This document shows, in pieces, positions 1-9,494 of a DNA stretch of 56,806 nt. Below the pieces are notes generated by a model. The model made no database searches. It saw only the letters and a program-made list of their open reading frames with translations, and had not been told where the DNA came from. The position numbers and the translations under genes were made by a program. The DNA is taken from positions 1 through 56,806 of IMG/VR virus record IMGVR_UViG_3300027805_000017; one strand, written 5' to 3'. The stretch's first letter is position 1, and each line of letters begins with the position of its first letter. Origin of the DNA: a virus (taxonomy: Duplodnaviria; Caudoviricetes).

Positions 1-134
1 AGGTAAGGGAGAGAAAGCAGGAACTCCTACTATCCCGAAAGAAGTGACGGCCAGTACGTACTCAAAGAATGAGCCTACCTTCTTCAATATGGCAGGTCGT
101 GGAACAGGTCCAATTAGTGTGGCAAAGCCCTTTG
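1..134. repeat. Terminal direct repeat (assembly overlap of a circular/permuted genome), left copy
   Basis: 1-134 matches 56673-56806 except one mismatch (pos 8 g vs 56680 c); 9-134 is a 126-bp exact match. Confidence 0.95.
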
Positions 135-592
135 TTGCAAAAATTCCACTTATTGGTGGCTTAGTTGATGCAGACAAAGAAATTGAAGCTACTACTTTCT
201 TAAAAACTGCAATTAACCGTGTAACGGCTGCACTGGGTGAAACAGAGCGTTTCGGTTCAGTGGAAAAAGCACAAATCCTAGGTCAACTTGATTTGCTGCC
301 TTCTTTAATTGACCGAAAAGAAGCGTATTGGCAGCGTATTGTTGGCTTGGATACAATGCTTTTAAAGGCATCGAATGAATTGGCATCAACGGCATACAAC
401 AAAGAGCTTCCGCCTGCTACGCAAGGTGATGCTCGAGCCAAGCTTGATCAAATTCGACAAGTTAGAAGTCTATTAGGGGCTCCTCCACGTGTTACTACGC
501 AAGCAGACTTCAATGCACTTGAGATAGGTACGCCATTTATTTTACCAAACGGTAGAATACAGGTTAAATCAGCAGAGCTTCCTAAAAGGTAA
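2..592 (+). CDS. C-terminal part of the ~650-aa putative ejection/internal virion protein starting at 55312 and wrapping through the overlap
   Basis: Same frame as the open frame from ATG 55312 to the window end; position 44 maps to 56716. Confidence 0.85.
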   Translation, partial: GKGEKAGTPTIPKEVTASTYSKNEPTFFNMAGRGTGPISVAKPFVAKIPLIGGLVDADKEIEATTFLKTAINRVTAALGETERFGSVEKAQILGQLDLLPSLIDRKEAYWQRIVGLDTMLLKASNELASTAYNKELPPATQGDARAKLDQIRQVRSLLGAPPRVTTQADFNALEIGTPFILPNGRIQVKSAELPKR

Positions 593-596
593 ATAG

Positions 597-3500
597 ATGA
601 ACGAAGACGATCTCTTAGCCATTGAACAAGCATCTGCTCCTTTGACCGAGGTAGGCGAGCCGAGTATTGATCCAGCTATCCTTGCTGCTAGTACTCCTGC
701 CTCGCCTGAGTCTACAGGAAAAATAGCTGCTATTGGAGCAGGAGCAGCAGAGGGTGCAGCAGGGGTAGGTTTGCCCTTGGCGGGTGCCATGGTAGGAGCT
801 AAAACAGGAATGCTTCTCGGTGCTCCATTGGGTCCTGCTGGTGTTGGAATCGGTGGCGTATTAGGAATGGGAACGGGGTTTTTTGCCGGTCGTCAGGCTT
901 CCAGTGCCATCAAGGAACTTTTGCCACCAAAACCTACTGACCCTGAGTTAGTTCCATATCGTGAGGGCGGCAAGACATTTGGTGAAACAATGGCCATCGC
1001 TCCGATGGCTTTTGGCATTCCGATTAAGAGTGCGCAGCAGATTTCTGGTTACATCAGCAACATGTCTCCGGTCTTGGCCAATGTGCCAGGCGGTGTTGCA
1101 TCGGGTCAGCTAGGTAAATTTATTGCAGATACGGCAGCTCTGATTGGTCAGACTGCACAGAAATACCCTAAATCGTTTCTTGGCGCAGAGTTTTTTGGAG
1201 CAGTAGGTGCAGGAATTGGCGGTGGGGTCGCGGAAACGATGGCTCCCGGTGAAGCCGGTCCTAAATTCGTGGGCGAAGTCGCAGGAGGCTTTTTATTTCC
1301 TGGACGCATGGTGTTGTCTGCCTCTGGTTCTGCAAAGGACTTTGTTGGAACGGTTGCGCAAAGCTTGTCCAAAGATTCACGGGAAGGTCGTGCTGCCAAT
1401 AAACTTTTTTCTATTCTTGAAGAGTCAGGCGAGGACATCCCTGCGCTGATCAAGAAGCTTTCCAAGCCTGATGTGGATGGAGTTGTTCCGTCTGCGGCAC
1501 AGAAGACAGGTTCTAAAACTTTGAGCGTGCTTGAAACCACGCTTGCAAAGAACAACGCGCAGTATGGCGCAGATGTCTTAAAGCAGGGCGAAGAGTCCCT
1601 TAAAGCATATAAGCTTCTTGCACAACGCTTGCAAGACATTGGTACGCCAGAGTCCTTGGCAAAAGCGGCAGAGCTGCGACAGAATTATTTTGATGGAATG
1701 TTGGACACGCGCTTGAAGCTCGCAGATGCAGAGGCTGCAAGACGTGTTGCCAAGATTACAAAGGACACGCCACAGTCTCGCGTCCAGATCGGAAATATTG
1801 TCAAGACGCAAACTGATGATGCACTGAAGGATGCGCGCGAGCATGAGCGCTTCTTGTGGCAAAACGCATTTAAGGATTCAGTCGAGACCACTACAAAAGG
1901 CGGAAAGACCACGCTGAAGTACAAGGAAGTCACACCTGCCTCGACAGGCGAAGAGTTCTTGAACATTGCAACTTCCATGACGCCTGAGCGCTTTAATGCG
2001 CGCATGCCTGCAGAAGTGCGCAAGATTATGGCACGCTTAGGTATTGATGATGCTGCAATTAAGCGCTATGAGCAGGGTAAGCAGACGCAGGAATATCTTG
2101 AAACAGGAAAAGTTCCGGCGGAGTATTTAACACGCACAACACCTGCCCCAAAAAGCTCCTTGGAACTTCCTCCAAGAGTGTCTCCTGTCATTGGAGTAGG
2201 TGAACAAAAGACTGTTTTCAAAGACACCAACGTCAATGATCTGATCAATATTCGCAGTGACCTCTTGTCCTTTGCTCGCGATGCAGCAGCGCGTGGTGAA
2301 GCAGCAAATGCAAACTTTTACGGACGTCTTGCAGAATCTACATTGCAGGATCTGAACACGCTGCAAAGCCCTGCGTATGACGCCGCACGTCAGTTTTCAC
2401 GTACGTTAAATGATACGTTTACCCGCACTTATGCGGGAGACGTGGCAACAGGCGTGACCAAGACGGGTGCAGAGAAGATTCCTGCCGAAATCCTTGTATC
2501 GCGCGCCTTTGGCAGCAACGCAGATGTCACGGCACTTCGGATGCAGGAGATACAAGACGCTGTGGGCATGATGCGTACTCAGTATGATGATGCCATCGCA
2601 CGCTTCGGACCAGATAGCGCAGAAGCGGCACAACTCAAGCCTTTTGCTGACCTGGCCACACAGCGAGTGGACTCCATTGGCGATGCGCAGCAACGTGTGT
2701 TGCGTCTGGCTGCTGCCAAGACTGTTGATCCGGTTACTGGACGCGTCAACCCACGTCAGCTCACGAACTTTGTTAACGAAAACCGTGGGATGCTGGACAA
2801 GTTTGGTGTAACCAACGATCTACAGGATGCGCTAAAAGCAGAGAATGCTTTCCAAGCGGTCAGCCAACAGAATAGTTTTGCAAACAAAAAGCTTCGCAAA
2901 GAAACTGCCTTCTCTCAAGTCTTGCAAAGTGAGAATCCAACTCGGGCAATAACAGACGTTTTAAATAGTCGTTACCCTGTCAAGAACTTCACCAATGTCG
3001 CCAAGCTTGCTAAGTCCGGTGGACCTGAGGCGGTGGATGGCTTGAAGTCCATCGTCTATGATTATGCCTTCACCAAGGCAGGAGGCATGGATAAGTTTGA
3101 TGTGACTAAATTCCGTGCCGCTCTTTTTGATCCGATGGCCAAGGATCAGCCTTCTGTTTTGAACATGATGCGTAGCCAAGGATTGATCAGTAATACTGAA
3201 GTAAGAAACCTGCTGTCCATTGTCCGTCCCATGGAGAAAGTTGAAAAGGCCATGGGCACCAAGCAGATGATGGATGAAGTTGTCCAAGGTGCGGATGCGG
3301 TAACAGAACTCGCCATGCGTGTGGTCGGTGCAAGAATTGGTACTGCGGCCTCGGGCGGCGGTCCAGGCGCTCTGATTGCAGCCTCTGCTGGATCGAAGGC
3401 CGTGCGAAATATCTTTGACAAGATGCCTACCATGATGATTCGTGGCATCATTGAGCAAGCCACACAAGACCCACAAATGATGGCAATGTTGCTTAAGAAA

Positions 3501-3821
3501 GGCGTGACAGAAGGCGAGCGTATTCTGATGGCGCGCCAACTCCATGCCTACTTAGGTGCCGCAGGCTTGAATTATGCAGACTTTGAAGAGCCCCCTCCAG
3601 AGCCACAAGCTGCCCCTAAGCCAACCGCGCGCCAGATGCTGTATAACGCAAGGTCGCCAACACCCACGCGTGGCACACCAGGGCTCATGAACCAAGCGCC
3701 AGGGCAACCCCCTAGCGCACCACCGCCCGCGGCTCTCGGACCACAAGGCGCTGCCCCTTCGCAGAGCCGCCAGATGCTCGCCGCCCTCTTCCCAGAGGAC
3801 CGTATGTTGCCAGGAGCTTAG
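597..3821 (+). CDS. Large internal virion / DNA ejection protein (1074 aa)
   Basis: Gly/Ala-rich hydrophobic N-terminal segments, helical body, P/Q-rich tail; follows other ejection-type genes. Confidence 0.65.
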   Translation: MNEDDLLAIEQASAPLTEVGEPSIDPAILAASTPASPESTGKIAAIGAGAAEGAAGVGLPLAGAMVGAKTGMLLGAPLGPAGVGIGGVLGMGTGFFAGRQASSAIKELLPPKPTDPELVPYREGGKTFGETMAIAPMAFGIPIKSAQQISGYISNMSPVLANVPGGVASGQLGKFIADTAALIGQTAQKYPKSFLGAEFFGAVGAGIGGGVAETMAPGEAGPKFVGEVAGGFLFPGRMVLSASGSAKDFVGTVAQSLSKDSREGRAANKLFSILEESGEDIPALIKKLSKPDVDGVVPSAAQKTGSKTLSVLETTLAKNNAQYGADVLKQGEESLKAYKLLAQRLQDIGTPESLAKAAELRQNYFDGMLDTRLKLADAEAARRVAKITKDTPQSRVQIGNIVKTQTDDALKDAREHERFLWQNAFKDSVETTTKGGKTTLKYKEVTPASTGEEFLNIATSMTPERFNARMPAEVRKIMARLGIDDAAIKRYEQGKQTQEYLETGKVPAEYLTRTTPAPKSSLELPPRVSPVIGVGEQKTVFKDTNVNDLINIRSDLLSFARDAAARGEAANANFYGRLAESTLQDLNTLQSPAYDAARQFSRTLNDTFTRTYAGDVATGVTKTGAEKIPAEILVSRAFGSNADVTALRMQEIQDAVGMMRTQYDDAIARFGPDSAEAAQLKPFADLATQRVDSIGDAQQRVLRLAAAKTVDPVTGRVNPRQLTNFVNENRGMLDKFGVTNDLQDALKAENAFQAVSQQNSFANKKLRKETAFSQVLQSENPTRAITDVLNSRYPVKNFTNVAKLAKSGGPEAVDGLKSIVYDYAFTKAGGMDKFDVTKFRAALFDPMAKDQPSVLNMMRSQGLISNTEVRNLLSIVRPMEKVEKAMGTKQMMDEVVQGADAVTELAMRVVGARIGTAASGGGPGALIAASAGSKAVRNIFDKMPTMMIRGIIEQATQDPQMMAMLLKKGVTEGERILMARQLHAYLGAAGLNYADFEEPPPEPQAAPKPTARQMLYNARSPTPTRGTPGLMNQAPGQPPSAPPPAALGPQGAAPSQSRQMLAALFPEDRMLPGA

Positions 3822-3824
3822 TAA

Positions 3825-5339
3825 ATGGCACAAGCAAAGAAGATGCTGTCAAAGCTCAAGCGCTTTCAAGAAGGAGGCGAGGTACAAGACGAGTTTCCTG
3901 AAGAAGCGGGCGTCATGCCTGGACAAAACCCTTCCGAGGCCGCCAAGCAGATGCTGTTTTACAAGAAAACGGCTGCACCAACGCCACCAACGGATTTGAC
4001 TCGCTTAGGCAAACAAGCAGGACTCATTGGCTTGGGCTTTGCACCTGGCTCCGGTGTAGCGGACTATTTCGGAAAGTTTCCTGCGGTAGAGGGCGGTACT
4101 GAGCCGAGCGCCGTGGAGAATTTTCAAAAAGGTAATTACGGTACCGCCGCCCTACAGGGCTTGGGCGCTATGGGTGACCTAGCCATGGCGGTGCCTGTTG
4201 CGGGTGCCGCGATTGGAAGCGTGATGAAAGCTCCGCGAACCGCGCAGCGTATTCTTTCATCAAGCACCACGGCCAAGGATGATTTGGTGAAGCTGTTAGG
4301 CTACAGCGAAGACATTCCCAACGAAAAATGGCTTGCTGGAAAGGTAGAAGATGCTGTATCCGGCGGGACAAATTCTTTTGGTGTTCCAAGACGAATGGGC
4401 TCGACTACGGGCTACTTTGGGAAACCAGTGGAAGTTCCTGTTGAAATACTGGCTAAATTACCTGGAGAAAGGGCAGAGCAAAGTAATGTCCGTAAAGACT
4501 CATTGGATTACATCCGCAAGAATTGGGATACGGTGTCAAAAGAGGCACCATATATTGAAGTAGATCCGTTTGGTAAAGCTTGGGTCAGCGAAGGTAACCA
4601 TAGAATTATGGTGGCCAAGGAAAAAGGTTTGAAAACACTTCCGGTAGAGATTCGTTACTTTAGCGGTGGCCAACGTAATGCAGGCGAGCTTGCTCCAGAG
4701 AAAATACTTGAGTACAACTTGCCGAGCACCACCACGGCCAAGGATGATTTGGCGAAGGTGCCAAAAGCACCAAAAGCGGAAAATGATGAAAGCCTAAATA
4801 AAATGCTTGAGAAAAGCGTGGTGAAAGAACCTGTGTATCACGCATCAAAGGCAGATGTAAAAACCTTTTCTCCCGAATACAAAACAGAGCTCTCAAGCAT
4901 GGGATATCACTTCGGCACAGCAGATCAGGCAAATTTTAGAACAGGGCAATACGACTTCTCTGGCGATAACGTGAACATTGGGAAGTATTATTTAGACATC
5001 AAGAACCCATTAGAAACATCTCATATGGGGTCTTTTGCGCCTGACCACTTGGCTGATCAGATGATGGAGATGGGTATACTCGACCCAGCTAAGTACGATG
5101 CGCTTGCAAGCAAACTTAATTATGAATCCGTGCCTTTAGGAAATGCGTTGGTAAAGATTCTTAAAAAGAATGGTTATGATGGCTTGAAGTATGCAAACGA
5201 AAGGGAGGGAGAAGGTTTCTCTTTTGTGCCTTTTGACGCAACACAAATAAAATCAGCTACAGGAAACCGTGGCACATACGATCCTACAACTCCTGACATA
5301 ACGATGGCCAAAGGCGGAGAAGTACGTAAACCCAAATGA
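3825..5339 (+). CDS. Multidomain effector: Gly-rich N-region, ParB/Srx-like domain, ADP-ribosyltransferase-like domain (ART-PolyVal type)
   Basis: PYIEV..WVSEGNHRIMVAKEKGLKTLPVEI (ParB-N G-x-H-R motif); VYHAS..GYHFGT..YYLDIKNPL..GYDGLKY..FDATQIKSATGNRGTYDP (polyvalent-protein ART signature). Confidence 0.75.
   Translation: MAQAKKMLSKLKRFQEGGEVQDEFPEEAGVMPGQNPSEAAKQMLFYKKTAAPTPPTDLTRLGKQAGLIGLGFAPGSGVADYFGKFPAVEGGTEPSAVENFQKGNYGTAALQGLGAMGDLAMAVPVAGAAIGSVMKAPRTAQRILSSSTTAKDDLVKLLGYSEDIPNEKWLAGKVEDAVSGGTNSFGVPRRMGSTTGYFGKPVEVPVEILAKLPGERAEQSNVRKDSLDYIRKNWDTVSKEAPYIEVDPFGKAWVSEGNHRIMVAKEKGLKTLPVEIRYFSGGQRNAGELAPEKILEYNLPSTTTAKDDLAKVPKAPKAENDESLNKMLEKSVVKEPVYHASKADVKTFSPEYKTELSSMGYHFGTADQANFRTGQYDFSGDNVNIGKYYLDIKNPLETSHMGSFAPDHLADQMMEMGILDPAKYDALASKLNYESVPLGNALVKILKKNGYDGLKYANEREGEGFSFVPFDATQIKSATGNRGTYDPTTPDITMAKGGEVRKPK
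4265..4752 (+). repeat. 23-bp direct repeat CACCACGGCCAAGGATGATTTGG (4265-4287, 4730-4752) bracketing the ParB-like domain
   Basis: Exact in-frame repeat; both copies encode TTAKDDL. Confidence 0.9.
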
Positions 5340-5557
5340 AAACTATCGTCCACGTCAATCAGCATGTGATTAAGTCAAACCGTAAGAACAAGGTTGAAGA
5401 TCCTGTTCTTACGGTCAAAACCTACAAGGACAACCGCTACGCACATGAAGTGGAAATATTGGGTCCGTCAAAAATAATCTATAGCCCTGACAAGCCCTTG
5501 TCCTGCGGCGCGCACGTCTGGATAGAAACAGAAGGTGAAGTTGTGGTGCTGCGCTGA
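5336..5557 (+). CDS. Conserved phage hypothetical protein (73 aa)
   Basis: ATGA coupling to upstream gene; HVNQHVI..PLSCGAxVWIET resembles a small phage family. Confidence 0.7.
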   Translation: MKTIVHVNQHVIKSNRKNKVEDPVLTVKTYKDNRYAHEVEILGPSKIIYSPDKPLSCGAHVWIETEGEVVVLR

Positions 5558-6243
5558 GTGCTGAGATAACCCTCCACACGCCTCATCCACTCCGCCTTGT
5601 ACTGCTGAAACTCTCGGCCAGAAGTTGTAAATTCCTGCGTTGTGCCGTCCTGCACCGAGATCAGCACAGCGCCCTGATCAATTGACGTGCCGTGAACCGT
5701 GTCGTGCGCTAAAGCGTACGCGGCCAACTGATGGAAGTAGTCACGAATCCACTCTTTTTTCTTAGGCTTGACGGATTGCTTAAAGTCCACGATACAAGGC
5801 TTATTGCGATATACGCACACCATATCCGCGGTCCCCGCATACTTTTCGGGGTAATACAATGACACTTCCGACCCCCAGATCTCATCGACATTAGGAAAGA
5901 ACGTATTAATCAGCCGATACCCCATCTCGTAGCCTCTGAGCATCAACCAGTTGGTGGGGCGCGGCAAGTCACGACACGCGATCATTCTGTCCATCACCAT
6001 GTGCATGTGTGTGCCAACGCTTGCGGCCTCGTTCTTAATCGTAGCAGCCTTTTCCTGCCCTACGCGCTCGGCCCACGCGTCAAGCTCCTTGTTGTCCTTT
6101 GTGGCAGAAAGGATGGCTGTCACGCTCGGTAGCTTGGTGCTTCCGTACACGTATACACGCCCCGAGGGTAGATCTTCGCGGACCAAGGATTCGTACTTGT
6201 ACTTCTTGCGCACGGGGATAATGTCTATCATTTCTTGAGCCAT
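5479..6243 (-). CDS. PD-(D/E)XK exonuclease (phage/MGME1-like)
   Basis: LPSVTAIL, GTHMH, YAGTADMV..IVDFKQS, QLAAYA motifs; start may be 6231. Confidence 0.85.
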   Translation of the reverse strand: MAQEMIDIIPVRKKYKYESLVREDLPSGRVYVYGSTKLPSVTAILSATKDNKELDAWAERVGQEKAATIKNEAASVGTHMHMVMDRMIACRDLPRPTNWLMLRGYEMGYRLINTFFPNVDEIWGSEVSLYYPEKYAGTADMVCVYRNKPCIVDFKQSVKPKKKEWIRDYFHQLAAYALAHDTVHGTSIDQGAVLISVQDGTTQEFTTSGREFQQYKAEWMRRVEGYLSTQRSTTTSPSVSIQTCAPQDKGLSGL

Positions 6244-7682
6244 TCTTTTGCCTTCTCTCCCATCACTTCGTTAGCCACATCCATCTTCTGCAAGAGGGCA
6301 GCAACAATCTTCTCGTCCACCGTCTTTGGTGATACGAGGTCAATGTAAGTCATTTTGTTCACCTGACCAAAACGGTCAATACGTGCCTCAGACTGCAAGC
6401 GCACTTCCAAGTCATATCCGTTGGAGTAGTAGATCATCGTATGCGCCTCGGTGAGCGTAAGCCCATAACCGCCCGTGCGAGGCTGTCCAACAAAAAAGCG
6501 CAACTCGCTCTTAGGGTCTTGGAATTTTGCAACAATCTCTGGGCGCTCGTCCGCTGGCGTATCCCCGTAGTATGTAGCTACACTATTCATGCCGTACTCT
6601 TTCTGAAGCGCCACTTTAATGGCGTCAATATCATGCCTGAAGTGTGCCCAGATAATAATCTTGCCACTGGACTCCTCAATCGCCGCAAAAAGCTCATTCA
6701 TGCGGTGATTAGGCAGACTTACCACTTCCCCAGAATCAAGGGTCACGTGCCCGCATACGATCTGCTGCAAGCGCATGATTTGTGTCAAGGCATTCACGGT
6801 GGAGGTCAACCCTTGGTCAAACGTGGCTAAGGCCAACAAGCGCATCTGCTCATAGGCGCGCTTTTGCTCAGTCGTTAACTCCACTTCTCTTTTCAAAAAC
6901 ACCTTGTCAGGCAAGTCCAAGCACTGCTCCTTGGTCACGCGAAACGAGAACTTACTCAAGCGCTCCTGCAATTCGTCCAAGTTCCGATAACCAAGGATCT
7001 GCTTAAATGAATGGGTCGCTAAGTTACGTTCTTGTGTAATTGCGTAGCGGTTTTGGAAGGTAAAGTAACTGCAGTGGCCAAGAAGCTTCTGATCCAAGAA
7101 GGCGCACTGTTGGTATAAGTCCATCGGACTTTTCGTGACAGGCGAGCCTGTCATGATGCGTCGGTATTTGGCGTTGCGCGCAGCCTTCAAGGCGTTCTTA
7201 GAGCGTTGCGCACGGGTGTTTTTAATGGTGGTGCTTTCATCCACGGCAATAAAACTTTCGTGTGCAAGAAGGAATCTGCTTGCAAACTTCGTGCCCTTGT
7301 CGGTTGAGAACGCCTCGATGTTCATGACAAGAATCTTTAGATCCTCTGTCACCATGAACAGATCGCTTAACGCGTTCGCTTCTTTTTTGTTTGGACTAGG
7401 GTCCCAGAGCGCCATCCGATACTCCACATGCGCAGGCATGTGCTTGGGGATTTCTACGCTATACCAGTTCCGGTATACACCCTTGGGTGCGATGATGACA
7501 GCGGCATTTATTTCGCCTTTGTCGTATAACATAGCTAGGTTATTGATGACCATATAGGACTTACCCGTACCCATGTCTGCAAAAAGCGCAGAGTAGCGTT
7601 TGTCCCAAAAGCGTTGCAAATAGGCCTCCTGGTGAAGGAATGGCTTATTTTTATAGGGATAGTTAGCTAAGTATTCGTCCAT
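6228..7682 (-). CDS. SNF2-family (SF2) helicase
   Basis: DMGTGKS Walker A, DEST box, MTGSP, GGYGLTL, QSEARIDRFGQ. Confidence 0.92.
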   Translation of the reverse strand: MDEYLANYPYKNKPFLHQEAYLQRFWDKRYSALFADMGTGKSYMVINNLAMLYDKGEINAAVIIAPKGVYRNWYSVEIPKHMPAHVEYRMALWDPSPNKKEANALSDLFMVTEDLKILVMNIEAFSTDKGTKFASRFLLAHESFIAVDESTTIKNTRAQRSKNALKAARNAKYRRIMTGSPVTKSPMDLYQQCAFLDQKLLGHCSYFTFQNRYAITQERNLATHSFKQILGYRNLDELQERLSKFSFRVTKEQCLDLPDKVFLKREVELTTEQKRAYEQMRLLALATFDQGLTSTVNALTQIMRLQQIVCGHVTLDSGEVVSLPNHRMNELFAAIEESSGKIIIWAHFRHDIDAIKVALQKEYGMNSVATYYGDTPADERPEIVAKFQDPKSELRFFVGQPRTGGYGLTLTEAHTMIYYSNGYDLEVRLQSEARIDRFGQVNKMTYIDLVSPKTVDEKIVAALLQKMDVANEVMGEKAKEWLKK

Positions 7683-7704
7683 TTTCTTTTCTTTCTAAAA
7701 AAAG

Positions 7705-7733
7705 TTGCACATATGCAAAATGAAGTATACACT
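7705..7733 (+). promoter_or_regulatory. Sigma70-like promoter for the rightward replication operon
   Basis: TTGCAC-17 bp-TACACT in the divergent gap; TTGCA-N4-TGCAA palindrome overlaps -35; AGGAG RBS downstream. Confidence 0.6.
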
Positions 7734-7764
7734 TCGATTTAATTTCTAGAAAGGAGAAATCAAA

Positions 7765-8112
7765 GTGCCCAAAGTTTACGTTGTATCGGAAACTGCACAA
7801 CACAATATTACGTCTGCCATGGCTTTTGGTGACATAGAAACGCTCTTGCCTCCCAACGCACAGATTGCTTTTTCCGTGGTGCCAACCGTTCGTCGCATTC
7901 AACGTAAGCTTGAAAAGTTTACCGATGACGATTATCTTCTGTTTATTGGTGATCCTACAGCTATTGCTATTATTAGCTCTATTGCATCAGCAAAGAATCA
8001 CGGACGGTACAAGTGTTTGAAGTGGGATAAGTTTGAACGGATGTATATCCCCATCCAAGTTGACCTCAATCCAAAGAAAGGAGAATTTGATGACTTTGAC
8101 GAATTTGTTTGA
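7765..8112 (+). CDS. Conserved phage hypothetical protein, small alpha/beta fold
   Basis: GTG start with strong AAGGAG RBS; first gene of operon. Confidence 0.75.
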   Translation: MPKVYVVSETAQHNITSAMAFGDIETLLPPNAQIAFSVVPTVRRIQRKLEKFTDDDYLLFIGDPTAIAIISSIASAKNHGRYKCLKWDKFERMYIPIQVDLNPKKGEFDDFDEFV

Positions 8113-8644
8113 AACCGATTCGGAAGCCTTTGCGCTTGCCGATGACCAGTTGTCCAGCATCGCCGCTCTTGGCCGACGCGCAAAGCTTCTTGAAAAAGAG
8201 CTCGAGGAGTTTGAGCTTGAATTCAAGAAACGCAAAGAGCAGTATCGCAAAATGATTGAAGAGTCTATCCCCGAGGCACTCACTAGCTTAGGGATGAAAT
8301 CATTCAAAATGGATGACGGCTCCTCCATCGAGATCAAACCGTTCTACAGCGCCAGCATCACAGACGCCCGCCGTGCAGAGGCGTTTGAGTGGCTGCGTGA
8401 AAACGGCTTTGATGACATCATTAAAAACACCGTGAGCGTGCGCTTTGGCCGCGGTGAAGACGAGCTCTGCGCTCGCCTACTGAATCTGCTTGGTGAGAAA
8501 GGCTATCCCGCTGATCAAGCCGAGAAGATCGAACCAATGACCTTAAAAGCATTTGTTCGTGAACAGGTGGAACGAGGAAACGAGTTTCCCACCGAACTTT
8601 TTGGCGTCTACATCGGCCAGAAAGCAACCATTAAATCCGTTTAA
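8090..8644 (+). CDS. Conserved replication-module hypothetical protein (184 aa)
   Basis: RBS AAAGGAG before ATG 8090; coiled coil then AFEWLRENGFDDIIKN..TLKAFVRE. Confidence 0.75.
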   Translation: MTLTNLFETDSEAFALADDQLSSIAALGRRAKLLEKELEEFELEFKKRKEQYRKMIEESIPEALTSLGMKSFKMDDGSSIEIKPFYSASITDARRAEAFEWLRENGFDDIIKNTVSVRFGRGEDELCARLLNLLGEKGYPADQAEKIEPMTLKAFVREQVERGNEFPTELFGVYIGQKATIKSV

Positions 8645-8674
8645 CGACGTTTAACGAATCAAGGATCAAGAATC

Positions 8675-9445
8675 ATGTCAAAATCTGACTCAGCAGTAGC
8701 AGTAAAAGGTACCTCCGCTCTGGCCATGGCACCCTCGTTTGAAGACGATGCACATGCCGGTTTTGATGGTATGAATCAAGACGATTTTGCACTACCTTTT
8801 CTACGACTTCTGACAAATGTGTCGCCCGAAGTCGGTGAAGTAGAAGGTGCAATGCCAGGTATGATCTACAACACCGTTTCCGGTGAACTGTATGATGGCA
8901 AGAAGGGTATCTTGGTTGTTCCTACGGTATACAACCGTGTCTACATCGAGTGGGCACCACGTGGTAGCGGCAGCGGCGCACCTATTGGTATTTACCCTAG
9001 CACTAGCGACATCTTGTCTAAGACTCACCGCGAACCTGGTGAGAACAAAGACTATCTCGACAATGGAAATTACATTGAAAACACCGCCAATCACTACGTG
9101 ATGGTGTTGGATGACAATGGTATACCTAATCCTGCGTTGATTGTTATGAAGTCCACACAACTGAAGAAGTCCAGAAAGTGGAATTCTATGGCGATGTCTG
9201 TCAAACTGCAGGGTAAGAACGGCCTGTACACTCCTCCGATTTACAGTCAAATATATCGACTGACCACGGTCCAAGAGTCTAACGACAAGGGTAAGTGGTT
9301 TGGTTGGGAGATTGAACGAGTAGGCACGATTGAGGACGCAAGCGTCTATCAAGCTGCTAAACTTTTTGCTGCATCGGTTAGCTCCGGTGAAGTGAAAGTC
9401 AAGCATCATGACGAAGCGTCAACAGTAGAAACCAACCCGTTCTAA
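8675..9445 (+). CDS. Probable single-stranded DNA-binding protein
   Basis: Position before primase; beta-rich; acidic/aromatic C-terminus (VETNPF). Confidence 0.65.
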   Translation: MSKSDSAVAVKGTSALAMAPSFEDDAHAGFDGMNQDDFALPFLRLLTNVSPEVGEVEGAMPGMIYNTVSGELYDGKKGILVVPTVYNRVYIEWAPRGSGSGAPIGIYPSTSDILSKTHREPGENKDYLDNGNYIENTANHYVMVLDDNGIPNPALIVMKSTQLKKSRKWNSMAMSVKLQGKNGLYTPPIYSQIYRLTTVQESNDKGKWFGWEIERVGTIEDASVYQAAKLFAASVSSGEVKVKHHDEASTVETNPF

Positions 9446-9451
9446 GGTTCT

Positions 9452-9479
9452 GGGGGTGGGGTAATCCCTACCCCCTTTT
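9452..9479 (+). terminator. Intrinsic terminator/attenuator after SSB
   Basis: GGGGGTGGGG-TAAT-CCCTACCCCC followed by TTTT. Confidence 0.7.
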
Positions 9480-9494
9480 GATAGAGAAAGAAGA

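Noticed and set aside
1-134. Terminal repeat as a biological DTR
   Set aside because: It falls mid-gene and the exact match is 126 bp, consistent with an assembler k-mer overlap
5479-6243. Cas4 / CRISPR adaptation role for the exonuclease
   Set aside because: Lacks the four-Cys Fe-S motif of Cas4; typical phage replication-module nuclease
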